A stretch of DNA of 64,000 nt from the NCBI GenBank assembly GCA_016699995.1, contig CP064996.1:266357-330356 (forward strand), given 5' to 3'. The translations under genes and the position numbers were made by a program. Under the pieces are notes generated by a model, which saw nothing but the letters and a program-made list of their open reading frames with translations, did not search any database and was not told the origin of the DNA. Below, one piece after another: positions 19,603-27,694 of the stretch. This DNA is from a bacterium. GTDB lineage: Bacteria; Patescibacteriota; Doudnabacteria; UBA920. Position 1 is the first letter of the stretch. The number at the start of each line of letters is the position of its first letter.

Positions 19603-20139
19603 ATGGATAAGTCTAAGCGCAAAGCGTTATACGTTTTTTTAACCACTCTATTGGGGGTATTGATCTTTTTAATGTTCCATAGGGCAGTGTTTGTCATCTA
19701 TGATATACTCGCAAGTTTCTATCCGAATAGTCCGGCATTTGATATCGCTCCTAATATCCTTTTTGGAATAGATTTTTACACAATGCTGCTAGCGGTAGTA
19801 TTGGGCGGATGGTATGGCGTATGGCTAGGGCTAGACTGGTATAAGATGATCTATGAAGAGCGGGGCGTAACTCGTTGGTTTCATGGCTTTCTTCCTCACA
19901 ATCTTCGCGGTCATCGCAGTCACAAGCAAAACACCCACAAGCCGGCTAGTGTTCCAAAGCAAATAACTGTTAAGACTTCTTCTCCCCGCGTAGAAAGCTT
20001 TGAGTCATTCCGCCGCACAGCGGCTAATACTGCTTGGAGCTTTGACGATGTAGAGAAAGCTCCCGCTAAGCCTAAGCGCAAAGCTCCTGCTAAAAAGCGC
20101 GTCGCTAAAAAGCGCGTAACCAAAACTAAGGCGGAATAA
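19603..20139 (+). CDS. hypothetical membrane protein with histone-like Lys-rich C-terminal tail
   Basis: Three or four hydrophobic helices. C-terminal tail is PAKPKRKAPAKKRVAKKRVTKTKAE. Confidence 0.5.
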   Translation: MDKSKRKALYVFLTTLLGVLIFLMFHRAVFVIYDILASFYPNSPAFDIAPNILFGIDFYTMLLAVVLGGWYGVWLGLDWYKMIYEERGVTRWFHGFLPHNLRGHRSHKQNTHKPASVPKQITVKTSSPRVESFESFRRTAANTAWSFDDVEKAPAKPKRKAPAKKRVAKKRVTKTKAE

Positions 20140-20140
20140 T

Positions 20141-20509
20141 ATGACCCCCGGACAACTCATACTAAAGACTGCGATCGTTCAGGTTTTGCTGCTAGCAACT
20201 CGAATTGTCTTTTTTCGGCTTCTCAATATAGAATTACTGCCGATTCTCATTGCTTACTACGTATTTTTAGCAGCAGTCTCGATTGCTGTTGCCCGCAGGC
20301 TCGGGGTGGTTAATTATCTGGAAATTTTCTTAACTATAATTATTTGGCTCGTCTTCAGCCTAGTTATAGACTTGGTAATCACCCGCGAGGTTATCGGCGG
20401 CGATAAATACTTAACCGTTAATTTCTGGGTGTCGTATTTGATTATGCCGATTGCCATTCTAATTTTCCACAAAAAGCAGCATGTAGCGGTTCGCAAAGGA
20501 TTGATGTAA
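20141..20509 (+). CDS. hypothetical polytopic membrane protein
   Basis: 122 aa, four hydrophobic helices. Immediately follows the previous gene. Confidence 0.5.
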   Translation: MTPGQLILKTAIVQVLLLATRIVFFRLLNIELLPILIAYYVFLAAVSIAVARRLGVVNYLEIFLTIIIWLVFSLVIDLVITREVIGGDKYLTVNFWVSYLIMPIAILIFHKKQHVAVRKGLM

Positions 20510-20551
20510 AACCGAATACCACCAAAAAATTGATTTGATTCTTTTCATTAC

Positions 20552-20578
20552 AACCAGTGTTGTGGCGCTGGTTTTTTG
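20552..20578 (+). terminator. intrinsic terminator
   Basis: AACCAG-(10 nt)-CTGGTT stem followed by TTTTTTG. Confidence 0.6.
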
Positions 20579-20642
20579 TTATATTTAGGCGATTTAAAGT
20601 TATGCACTTGCAATTAGGTGAACGATTGTATACCATAAGAAT

Positions 20643-21995
20643 ATGAAGCAAGCCGGCCATAATAATTTAACATCTCAACAGAAAATAATTGCCCATATTG
20701 ATATGAATTCCTACTTTGCCACTGTCGAGCAGCAGGATAACCCGGCCTGGCGCGGCCATCCGGTGGGGGTGTGCGAACATCTCGGTGGCATCATTATCGC
20801 TGCCAGCGTGGAGGCAAAAAAGTGGGGCATTAAAACTGGAACGCCGGTATGGGAAGCGCGGCGTATATACCCAAAGATCTTTTTAACCAAAACCCATCCG
20901 GAAAAATACCGTTTTTATACTGCTCGGTTTTTAAAGGTGTTCGAAGACTATACCGACCGCATAGAAAAATACAGCATCGACGAAGCCTTTTTAGATTTAA
21001 CCAAAGCTTGCAACATCCGCGTGCCAATGGAGCTGGGAGGTAAGAAGCGGTTGGTGCGCGTGGATCCGTGGCAAGAAGCTCAGCGCATATGTAGAGAAAT
21101 CAAAACTCGCATGAAGACTGAAGTCGGCGATTATATAACCTGCAGTGTGGGGCTATCTTACAGCAAGCTTGTGGCTAAGATTGCTTCCGATCTGCAGAAG
21201 CCGGATGGCTTAGTAGTGGTGCGGCCGGAAGACAAGCATTCTCTTTACGACCGTTTGCAGCTTACCGATATCCCCGGAATCGGCAACCGCATGGAGCGCC
21301 GGCTGAATAAGCTTGGAATAAAAACCTTAGCCGACTTGCGCGACTATCCGTCTACAAAATTAATTAGCCATTTTGGCATTCAGGGTCATCACCTGCATAG
21401 CATGGGGCAGTTGGAAGGCAGCTGGAAGGAAAGCTTTGGTAAAGAAGTTATTGCAGATCCGATGAAGTCTATCGGTCATATGTATACTATCCCCATGGAG
21501 TTTAGGAGCAAAAAAGTGATGAAGCCGGTGTTGTATAAGCTGTCGGAAATGGTGGGTATCCGCCTGAGGGTTAACGGCCTAATGGGCGATACGGTTCATG
21601 TGCATGTGCACGACCCGGAACGGTTATGCGCTAGCCGCGGCGGCCGCATCGGGGGCTATGTCCAGGACGGGCGGGATATTTATTTGGAATGCCTGGCTTT
21701 GTTGCGCCAAACGAGTATACCGTTAGAGGAGCTGGAAAAGCATAGTTACTTAATTGGCGTCACTGTGGCAGGATTGGTCCCGGAGGTCTCTCAGCCAAGT
21801 TTGTTTGGCGGCAAAAAATATAACAATCAGCTGTTACAAGCCTTAGATAAAATTAACCAAAAATACGAAGACTTTACGGTAGCGCGCGTACCGGCATTTT
21901 TGGCGCGAAATATCATTCGCGATTCAGTCGGGTTTGGCCGTATGAAAGAATTTAAAACTACGTTTATGCGCGGCGGCCAAGGCGCGTTTAAATAA
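20643..21995 (+). CDS. dinB: Y-family DNA polymerase IV
   Basis: IAHIDMNSYFATVE N-terminus, SIDEAFLD motif and a little-finger domain. Confidence 0.88.
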   Translation: MKQAGHNNLTSQQKIIAHIDMNSYFATVEQQDNPAWRGHPVGVCEHLGGIIIAASVEAKKWGIKTGTPVWEARRIYPKIFLTKTHPEKYRFYTARFLKVFEDYTDRIEKYSIDEAFLDLTKACNIRVPMELGGKKRLVRVDPWQEAQRICREIKTRMKTEVGDYITCSVGLSYSKLVAKIASDLQKPDGLVVVRPEDKHSLYDRLQLTDIPGIGNRMERRLNKLGIKTLADLRDYPSTKLISHFGIQGHHLHSMGQLEGSWKESFGKEVIADPMKSIGHMYTIPMEFRSKKVMKPVLYKLSEMVGIRLRVNGLMGDTVHVHVHDPERLCASRGGRIGGYVQDGRDIYLECLALLRQTSIPLEELEKHSYLIGVTVAGLVPEVSQPSLFGGKKYNNQLLQALDKINQKYEDFTVARVPAFLARNIIRDSVGFGRMKEFKTTFMRGGQGAFK

Positions 21996-22013
21996 TCTTA
22001 TAAAAATAAAAAA

Positions 22014-22039
22014 GCGTCTCACTTTAGGGAGTGAAACGC
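22014..22039. terminator. bidirectional terminator overlapping the 3' end of the minus-strand gene
   Basis: GCGTCTCACT-ttaggg-AGTGAAACGC stem with one mismatch. A-run upstream and T-run on the opposite strand. Confidence 0.55.
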
Positions 22040-22585
22040 TGCGTTAGTAGCTGGCTGCGCCGGAGCTAGACTAGCTTTGAGTTCTTTTATTTTCTGTTTG
22101 AGCTTACTTTCCGAGGGTGGCAAGCTGTCGCATGCCAGAAAAACTAGACTGATCCATAAAAGCAACCAAAAAATTGGCATTACGGGGGGTGCTGTGGAGC
22201 TTAGTAGTAAATCGAATGCAAGACTAAAGAATAGTAAGAATATCTTGGAAAGCCTAACTATTATGGCCGATTCCTTAACCTTTAGCTCGTTGCTGACTCC
22301 CTTTTTTGCCTGGCTTAAAATCCGGTCTTCATTATAATTAATTACCTCCTTAGTAAAAAATATATAGAAGAATAGATTGAAGCATCCGAATGTAAACAGA
22401 GATGCCGCCAGGGGAGCCTGATTCGGGTTATAAAATAGTACCGCCAAGAATGGGGCGTGGGCAAGCTTTGCCATGAATTTGGCCAGAAAGAAGTTATTTT
22501 TCCCGGTCCAAATTTGAATTTTTTTACTGAACTTCTCAGCTTTCTCAATGGACCATTGGTCAAATCTGTATAATTGGCTGAGCAT
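22019..22585 (-). CDS. hypothetical membrane protein
   Basis: 188 aa, multiple hydrophobic helices. No recognised motif. Confidence 0.5.
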   Translation of the reverse strand: MLSQLYRFDQWSIEKAEKFSKKIQIWTGKNNFFLAKFMAKLAHAPFLAVLFYNPNQAPLAASLFTFGCFNLFFYIFFTKEVINYNEDRILSQAKKGVSNELKVKESAIIVRLSKIFLLFFSLAFDLLLSSTAPPVMPIFWLLLWISLVFLACDSLPPSESKLKQKIKELKASLAPAQPATNAAFHSLK

Positions 22586-22634
22586 CTTTACCTCCTATAA
22601 GTTTTTCTTTCAACGATAAACTGTACACCATTTC

Positions 22635-22663
22635 TTGGCGATTGTCAATAGTTTATGGTATAA
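22635..22663 (+). promoter_or_regulatory. sigma70-type promoter TTGGCG-18-TGgTATAAT
   Basis: Extended -10 inside TATGGTATAATAAAT (22652-22666). It is positioned to drive the structured leader and the ORF107-histidine kinase operon. Confidence 0.55.
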
Positions 22664-22680
22664 TAAATCAAATTTGAAGC

Positions 22681-22757
22681 AAAGCTGCTGGCACGAAGAC
22701 AGCGCTTTTGTCGCTTCGCGACAGCGCTTGCGGACTGTCTTCTTAGCCAACAGCTTT
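22681..22757 (+). other. 77-nt GC-rich three-tier imperfect hairpin in a 5' leader
   Basis: P1 pairs AAAGCTGCTGG with CCAACAGCTTT. P2 pairs GAAGACAG with CTGTCTTC. P3 is GCGCU(UUU)GUCG-cuucg-CGAC-AGCGC. Confidence 0.6.
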
Positions 22758-22804
22758 CCTTCACATGCTTAATACCAGAAACCAAAAACAATAACAAAAG
22801 CTAA

Positions 22805-23128
22805 ATGGTAGCAGAACAATTTTATAAAAAGTTTATTACCCAATTTGTTAAACAGCAAATGATTTTGTTGGGCCCAACTTTGGCTGTCGATACGGTAAAC
22901 AGGGTGGAAGGGTTGGAGGTTAATAGCCGCGGACAGGTGGTGCAAATTGTTGGAGATTATCCCAGCATTCTGCAGGCCACTGTCGAAGAATTTTCGCGTT
23001 TATCTCAGCTGCTTACTACTCATTTTTTGCATTTATTGTTTACGCAGTACCCCCAGATTGCAGCCGAGTACCAGGGCCCTATGCATAAACCGAGTTTGGT
23101 TTGTTCATTAATCAAGCCAAAGTCATGA
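22805..23128 (+). CDS. hypothetical protein translationally coupled to the histidine kinase
   Basis: 107 aa. Its stop and the kinase start form an ATGA overlap at 23125-23128. Confidence 0.5.
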   Translation: MVAEQFYKKFITQFVKQQMILLGPTLAVDTVNRVEGLEVNSRGQVVQIVGDYPSILQATVEEFSRLSQLLTTHFLHLLFTQYPQIAAEYQGPMHKPSLVCSLIKPKS

Positions 23129-24792
23129 TTATCAAGCTCTTATTGCTATTAGATTTTGCAGTATTAGGGATAGTGCTGTTTGTGTATTTGCGCCGCATTT
23201 ATCGCGAGCGCCAAGCTTTGGTTGGCCAGGCCAACAAGTCTTTGGAATTGCAGCAGCGCATGTACCAGATTCAGGTGCTGCAAGAGATTAGCGAACGCAT
23301 CGGCTATTCATTGGAGGGTAGCAAGATTATAGAAATCATAACTAATAGCATCGGTAATTTGCTCGAATATGAAACCGTGTCTTTCATGCTTTATAACAAA
23401 GCAGATCCGCTGGTATTTAAATGCCACGTTCATAAAACTGTAAATCATAGATTCATTTCGGAGGTTAAAGAACATATGGTGGCGGCTACGCAGTTATTGT
23501 GCCAGCCCCAAGGTTACGACATAAAGCTAGATGAGCGAATCGGCGGCGCGATTCTGGACGACCAGCTAGAAGTTGACGTTCGGTCTTTTGTAAATATTCC
23601 CGTAATTATAGGCAACGAATTGCTTGGGTTAATTAACATCTCTTCGTCCAAAGCGGGTTTGTTTGGCTGGCAGCAGTCGGCGGTCTTGTTTACTATTACC
23701 AACCAAGCAGCCGTGGCGGTAGCACAGCTGCAGACGATGCTAGAGAGCGAAAAAGGTAAGCTGACTGGCATGATTTCTGCCATGACAGACGGAGTAATGA
23801 TGGTAGATTTAAATAATCAGCTACAAATTTACAATCCAGCCGTCGTGGACTTATTGACTCTGCCAGTGGGCAGGGAGATTACTATGTTTGATATCGTAGA
23901 CAGCCTTGCCGGAAAAGTGGACCTCCGCACTAAAATTGACGAAGCTCTTGCTAAAGGCATGCCGATAGAAATTAAAGAGTTGTTTGTTCATGATAAGGCT
24001 TTAGAGATAACAATTACCCCTGTGCGGGAACATTCCGGCGAACACCGCGGGGTAGCGGTGATTTTGCACGACGTAACTTCCGATAAGGCTTTAGAAAAAT
24101 TACGTCAGGAGTTTACCGCTATGATGGTGCACGAACTGCGCGCCCCGCTTACTGCCGTTCGATGGTCTAGCGAGGCATTGTTAAAGAATTTGTCCGGCGC
24201 TCAGCAACAGCTGCAAGCAGCGAAGGTTAAAGACAGTGTGACTAACATCGATCTTGCGGCCACCAATATGCTCGAATTAGTCAACGATCTTTTAGATGTG
24301 GCGAAAATCGAAGCCGGTAAGTTTGATTTAAACATCCAGGAATACGATTTGTCCGAGATTATTACGCAGGAAATCCAAACCTTTACGCCGCAGGCGGAGG
24401 GAAAGCATTTAACTTTGAACTTCATTACACCTGGGGTTATCAAAGTGAAATGCGACAAAGTACGCGTAGCGCAGGTGCTAAATAATTTGCTTAGCAACGC
24501 CATTAAATATACCGACAGCGGCCAGATTGACGTTAATTTAACATCATCCCCAGAAAGAAACGAAGTCACGGTGGCGATTAAGGATACAGGCTTAGGGGTG
24601 AGCCGCGAAGATTTGGCTGTATTGTTCTCTAAATTCAAGCAGCTTAAGACTTTCGACCGTTCTCGCAAGGGTACAGGTTTGGGTCTGGTAGTTTCCAAAG
24701 GGATAGTCGAAGCGCACAAGGGCCGAATCTGGGCTGAAAGCGCAGGTGAAAACTTGGGTTCGACCTTTTCCTTTAGCCTGCCTCTTAGTTAG
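23125..24792 (+). CDS. sensor histidine kinase (TM, GAF/PAS-like sensor, HisKA, HATPase_c)
   Basis: H-box HELRAPLT. N/G1/G2 boxes (NLLSNAIKYT, DTGLGV, GTGLGL). N-terminal TM helix. Confidence 0.85.
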   Translation: MIIKLLLLLDFAVLGIVLFVYLRRIYRERQALVGQANKSLELQQRMYQIQVLQEISERIGYSLEGSKIIEIITNSIGNLLEYETVSFMLYNKADPLVFKCHVHKTVNHRFISEVKEHMVAATQLLCQPQGYDIKLDERIGGAILDDQLEVDVRSFVNIPVIIGNELLGLINISSSKAGLFGWQQSAVLFTITNQAAVAVAQLQTMLESEKGKLTGMISAMTDGVMMVDLNNQLQIYNPAVVDLLTLPVGREITMFDIVDSLAGKVDLRTKIDEALAKGMPIEIKELFVHDKALEITITPVREHSGEHRGVAVILHDVTSDKALEKLRQEFTAMMVHELRAPLTAVRWSSEALLKNLSGAQQQLQAAKVKDSVTNIDLAATNMLELVNDLLDVAKIEAGKFDLNIQEYDLSEIITQEIQTFTPQAEGKHLTLNFITPGVIKVKCDKVRVAQVLNNLLSNAIKYTDSGQIDVNLTSSPERNEVTVAIKDTGLGVSREDLAVLFSKFKQLKTFDRSRKGTGLGLVVSKGIVEAHKGRIWAESAGENLGSTFSFSLPLS

Positions 24793-24828
24793 GCTTAGCA
24801 CAGTCTGGGTTTGGAAATAGTCTTATTG

Positions 24829-24857
24829 TGGATAACTTTTTTAGAAAAGGGTATAAT
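24829..24857 (+). promoter_or_regulatory. sigma70-type promoter TGGATA-17-TATAAT
   Basis: Perfect -10 hexamer 27 nt upstream of the ATG at 24884. Confidence 0.5.
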
Positions 24858-24883
24858 ATATCCATATTATTAAGTTGAAAAAA

Positions 24884-25258
24884 ATGCCGAAGATAGTGTG
24901 TGCAGAAGATGATAAAATGATCTCGACTTCCTTGGTAGAAGGCTTCCAGCAAGCCGGATTCGAGGTTACTCCAGCTTACGACGGCGAAGAAGCTATCGCT
25001 AAAATTAAGGAAATTAAACCCGACATTGTAGTCCTCGACATTATGATGCCTAAGCTCGACGGCATTGGGGTTGTATGGGAAATGAAGGCAGCTCCGGAAA
25101 TCGCTGATACGCCTGTGGTAATGTTAACCAACTTAAGCGACCCGACAACGGTCAGTAAGATTTTAGAAGCCGGGGTGACCGATTACCTGCTAAAGAGCGA
25201 ACAATCAATTGATCAGATTGTCACCAAAGTTAACGAAGTAATGAACCGGGGTAAATAA
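24884..25258 (+). CDS. stand-alone response-regulator receiver (CheY-like)
   Basis: DD..-D(LDIMMP)-T-K receiver motifs and no output domain. ATG at 24884 is preferred over the upstream TTG. Confidence 0.85.
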   Translation: MPKIVCAEDDKMISTSLVEGFQQAGFEVTPAYDGEEAIAKIKEIKPDIVVLDIMMPKLDGIGVVWEMKAAPEIADTPVVMLTNLSDPTTVSKILEAGVTDYLLKSEQSIDQIVTKVNEVMNRGK

Positions 25259-25289
25259 CTAACCGCCGAAGTTTACATAGGATTCAAGC

Positions 25290-25904
25290 ATGGACGTAAT
25301 CGCCCACACACTGTGGACTAATGCACTGTTCCACTTAAAGTATCAGAAGTTGCGTAAAATGCGGTATCTTGCCGCATTTTTTGGTGTTGCTCCGGACCTA
25401 GTTGGTTTTACCCCATTGTTTTTTTATTTAATCTTCTCGGGCAAAACATTTGCCGGCGAAAGGTTTTCCTTCGAAAATGACCAGCATTGGACATTTCATT
25501 TCGCTTCCGAAATGTATAATTACAGCCATAGCCTGGTAATTTTCGCAGCAGTATTTATTGGAGTGCTTTTGATGGGCAATATTTATTTTAAAGTTAAGAA
25601 TAGGGGAGCTTATAAATTTTGGGTTTTTTGGCCTCTGCTTGGCTGGGCTCTTCACATATTAATTGATATTCCTACTCATCCGGATTTCTATCACACTCCG
25701 TTCTTGTATCCGATCTCTTCATACGAAGTCCAGCATGGGGTGGCTTGGAGTCACCCGGTGTTTATGGTTATCAATTATACTCTGATGGCCATGGCCTACG
25801 CAGCCATTTTTGTATATCATAGTAATAAATATGGCCCCAAAGAAATTATTGATAAAAAGAAAAACACGGACGGTCCAGAAGAAGGCGGTGCCGCAGGTCG
25901 GTAA
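25290..25904 (+). CDS. hypothetical membrane protein (possibly DUF457-like membrane-bound hydrolase)
   Basis: Five hydrophobic helices and a His-rich pattern (HTLW, HILIDIPTHPDFYH). Weak family assignment. Confidence 0.4.
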   Translation: MDVIAHTLWTNALFHLKYQKLRKMRYLAAFFGVAPDLVGFTPLFFYLIFSGKTFAGERFSFENDQHWTFHFASEMYNYSHSLVIFAAVFIGVLLMGNIYFKVKNRGAYKFWVFWPLLGWALHILIDIPTHPDFYHTPFLYPISSYEVQHGVAWSHPVFMVINYTLMAMAYAAIFVYHSNKYGPKEIIDKKKNTDGPEEGGAAGR

Positions 25905-26370
25905 GCCTGGCTTGTTTGTTGTTGCTCATAACATTCGATCCCTTCATAATGTGGGATCGATTTTTAGGACCGCGGATAGCTTTGGGGTCGATAAAATTTT
26001 CCTCACGGGCTACACAGGCAGCCCTCCTGATCCCAAAATCGCCAAAGTAGCTTTAGGTGCAGAGCAATTTGTTCCTTGGCAAAAATCCAAATCATTGTTG
26101 CCTGTGCTAAAAAAATTGCGGATGCAGGGAGTAAGAATCGTAGCGCTGGAAAATAATGTAGAGAGAAAGACGACGCTCTTGGATAAATATCGCCCAGAAT
26201 TACCTTTAGCCCTTATCTTAGGCGAAGAAACCAAGGGCCATACCATAAAAATCCTCGATTTGGTGGATGACGTTGTCGAAATTCCTATGCGTGGACAAAA
26301 GGAAAGTTTGAATGTCTCGGTGGCCTGCGGAGTAGCATTGTATGGACTGCGCGCCAATTTGAAAGCATAA
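25831..26370 (+). CDS. SpoU/TrmH-family RNA 2'-O-methyltransferase with Lys-rich N-terminal tail
   Basis: SpoU motifs NIGSIFRTADSFG, LENN, LILGEE.KG and VNVSVA. Start chosen at MAPKK; it overlaps the upstream ORF by about 74 nt. Confidence 0.75.
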   Translation: MAPKKLLIKRKTRTVQKKAVPQVGKPGLFVVAHNIRSLHNVGSIFRTADSFGVDKIFLTGYTGSPPDPKIAKVALGAEQFVPWQKSKSLLPVLKKLRMQGVRIVALENNVERKTTLLDKYRPELPLALILGEETKGHTIKILDLVDDVVEIPMRGQKESLNVSVACGVALYGLRANLKA

Positions 26371-26385
26371 AATAAATAGCCATCC

Positions 26386-26784
26386 TCAATTGAGGATGGC
26401 TTTAGTTTTTTCGCTAAGACTGCCGCGAATCAGAATTGGATCCTTGTCGCCGCAGGCGAAGTATGGTTCCAGCAAACGAGCTCCTTTAAGAGATTCACTG
26501 TGGATGAATACGAGACGCATCAGCGTAATTTCGTCTTTAGCATTGCACGGGTCACCCCGCATGGCTAAAGGAGAAGTGCTGATATTTTCGTAGAGTTTTC
26601 GATAATCATCGGCAGTAATCTTTTCCTGTTCGTACAGAGTCAGAATGATGGAAAACCCAGTCTGCTTAGTCATAAAACCCATTGATTTTGTGCATTCGGA
26701 TAGCAAAATAATGGCATGGCGTCGGCAACTGGGGCACAAATTAAGCTGAGGGTAGGTTCTTTTTGTGTCCATAGTTTTTACCAT
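26386..26784 (-). CDS. hypothetical protein with N-terminal zinc-ribbon-like CPSC motif
   Basis: 132 aa. LNLCPSCRRH near the N-terminus and additional Cys at several positions. No family recognised. Confidence 0.45.
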   Translation of the reverse strand: MVKTMDTKRTYPQLNLCPSCRRHAIILLSECTKSMGFMTKQTGFSIILTLYEQEKITADDYRKLYENISTSPLAMRGDPCNAKDEITLMRLVFIHSESLKGARLLEPYFACGDKDPILIRGSLSEKTKAILN

Positions 26785-26818
26785 ATATTCAGCGCAAGCG
26801 CATGTGTCGGTTTAGATT

Positions 26819-26902
26819 CATACCGCGATCCGTTCATAGTCTCTCAGGACGATGTTCTTGCGGTAAGCAGCAATAGCTCTGGACATTTCCGAAGGCTTCA
26901 TA
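26819..26902 (-). CDS. 27-aa micro-ORF (MKPSEMSRAIAAYRKNIVLRDYERIAV) upstream of the zinc-ribbon protein
   Basis: GGAGG 8 nt upstream of the ATG. The ORF ends 34 nt before the next gene. Confidence 0.3.
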
Positions 26903-27088
26903 ATTTTTCCTCCTTAAAATAGCTTCCTAGAATACCATTTTTGCTGTTATGGGTCAACAAATTCCCTTAACTTAACAAAAGGTAACTACTTTGGCGGATA
27001 TTTGTGGATAGCTGTGGAACATTTTTGAGAAACATCAAAAACCTTTTTAAACAAAAGGTTTTTTAAATTTGAGAGCTGCGTGCAATCT

Positions 27089-27117
27089 TTGCGAAATGGG
27101 GGATTGTGGGCTATAAT
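27089..27117 (+). promoter_or_regulatory. Pmra promoter TTGCGA-17-TATAAT
   Basis: Perfect -10 at 27112-27117, immediately upstream of the MraZ-box array. Confidence 0.55.
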
Positions 27118-27123
27118 GATTTC

Positions 27124-27173
27124 AAGTGGATAGAAGTGGGTTTGGGTGGGGAAAAGTGGGTGGATAAGTGGAT
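27124..27173 (+). promoter_or_regulatory. MraZ operator: five AAGTGG(G) direct repeats with 10-bp phasing
   Basis: GTGG cores at 27126, 27136, 27146, 27156 and 27168. This matches the A-A-G-T-G-G/T direct-repeat MraZ box. Confidence 0.75.
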
Positions 27174-27262
27174 AACTGGAAATTAAGAAAATTAAGTAAT
27201 TTGGCTATTAGAAAGTGGGTTGATGGCTCATAAACTAACTTTCTACTAGCTACAAGCTAGTT

Positions 27263-27694
27263 ATGTTTATTGGTGAATACAACGCATCCATCGATGATAA
27301 GGCGCGGGTTAACATCCCGGCCAAGTTTCGTTCGGATTTAAAAAACAAAGTTGTTGTCACTCGCGGCCTGGATAATTCGTTGGTTCTGTATACATTAGAC
27401 GAATGGAAGAAGCTTGCAGAGAAATTGGCTAGTCTCCCGATTTCTACTGCCAACACGCGCGCTTTTTCTCGTCTAATGCTTGCAGGAGCAATGGACTGCG
27501 AAATCGATAAGCAGGGACGCATTGTCTTGCCTGGGTACTTAAAGGAGTATGCCAAGATCAACAAAAAAATGGTCTTTGCGGGGCTCTATACTCGCATCGA
27601 GTTGTGGAGCGAAGAACTCTGGACTAAGTACAAGACACAAACAGAAAAACAGAGTAATCAAATTGCCGAGCAGCTCGGCGACCTGGGGGTCTAA
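27263..27694 (+). CDS. mraZ: division/cell-wall cluster transcriptional regulator MraZ
   Basis: Duplicated DxxxR motifs (DDKARVNIP and DKQGRIVLP). Confidence 0.93.
   Translation: MFIGEYNASIDDKARVNIPAKFRSDLKNKVVVTRGLDNSLVLYTLDEWKKLAEKLASLPISTANTRAFSRLMLAGAMDCEIDKQGRIVLPGYLKEYAKINKKMVFAGLYTRIELWSEELWTKYKTQTEKQSNQIAEQLGDLGV

Noticed and set aside
27001-27110. Additional GTGG-containing words (27003-27015, 27098-27110) upstream of Pmra as further MraZ boxes.
   Set aside because: They are not in 10-bp phase with the main array and do not carry the AAGTGG core.
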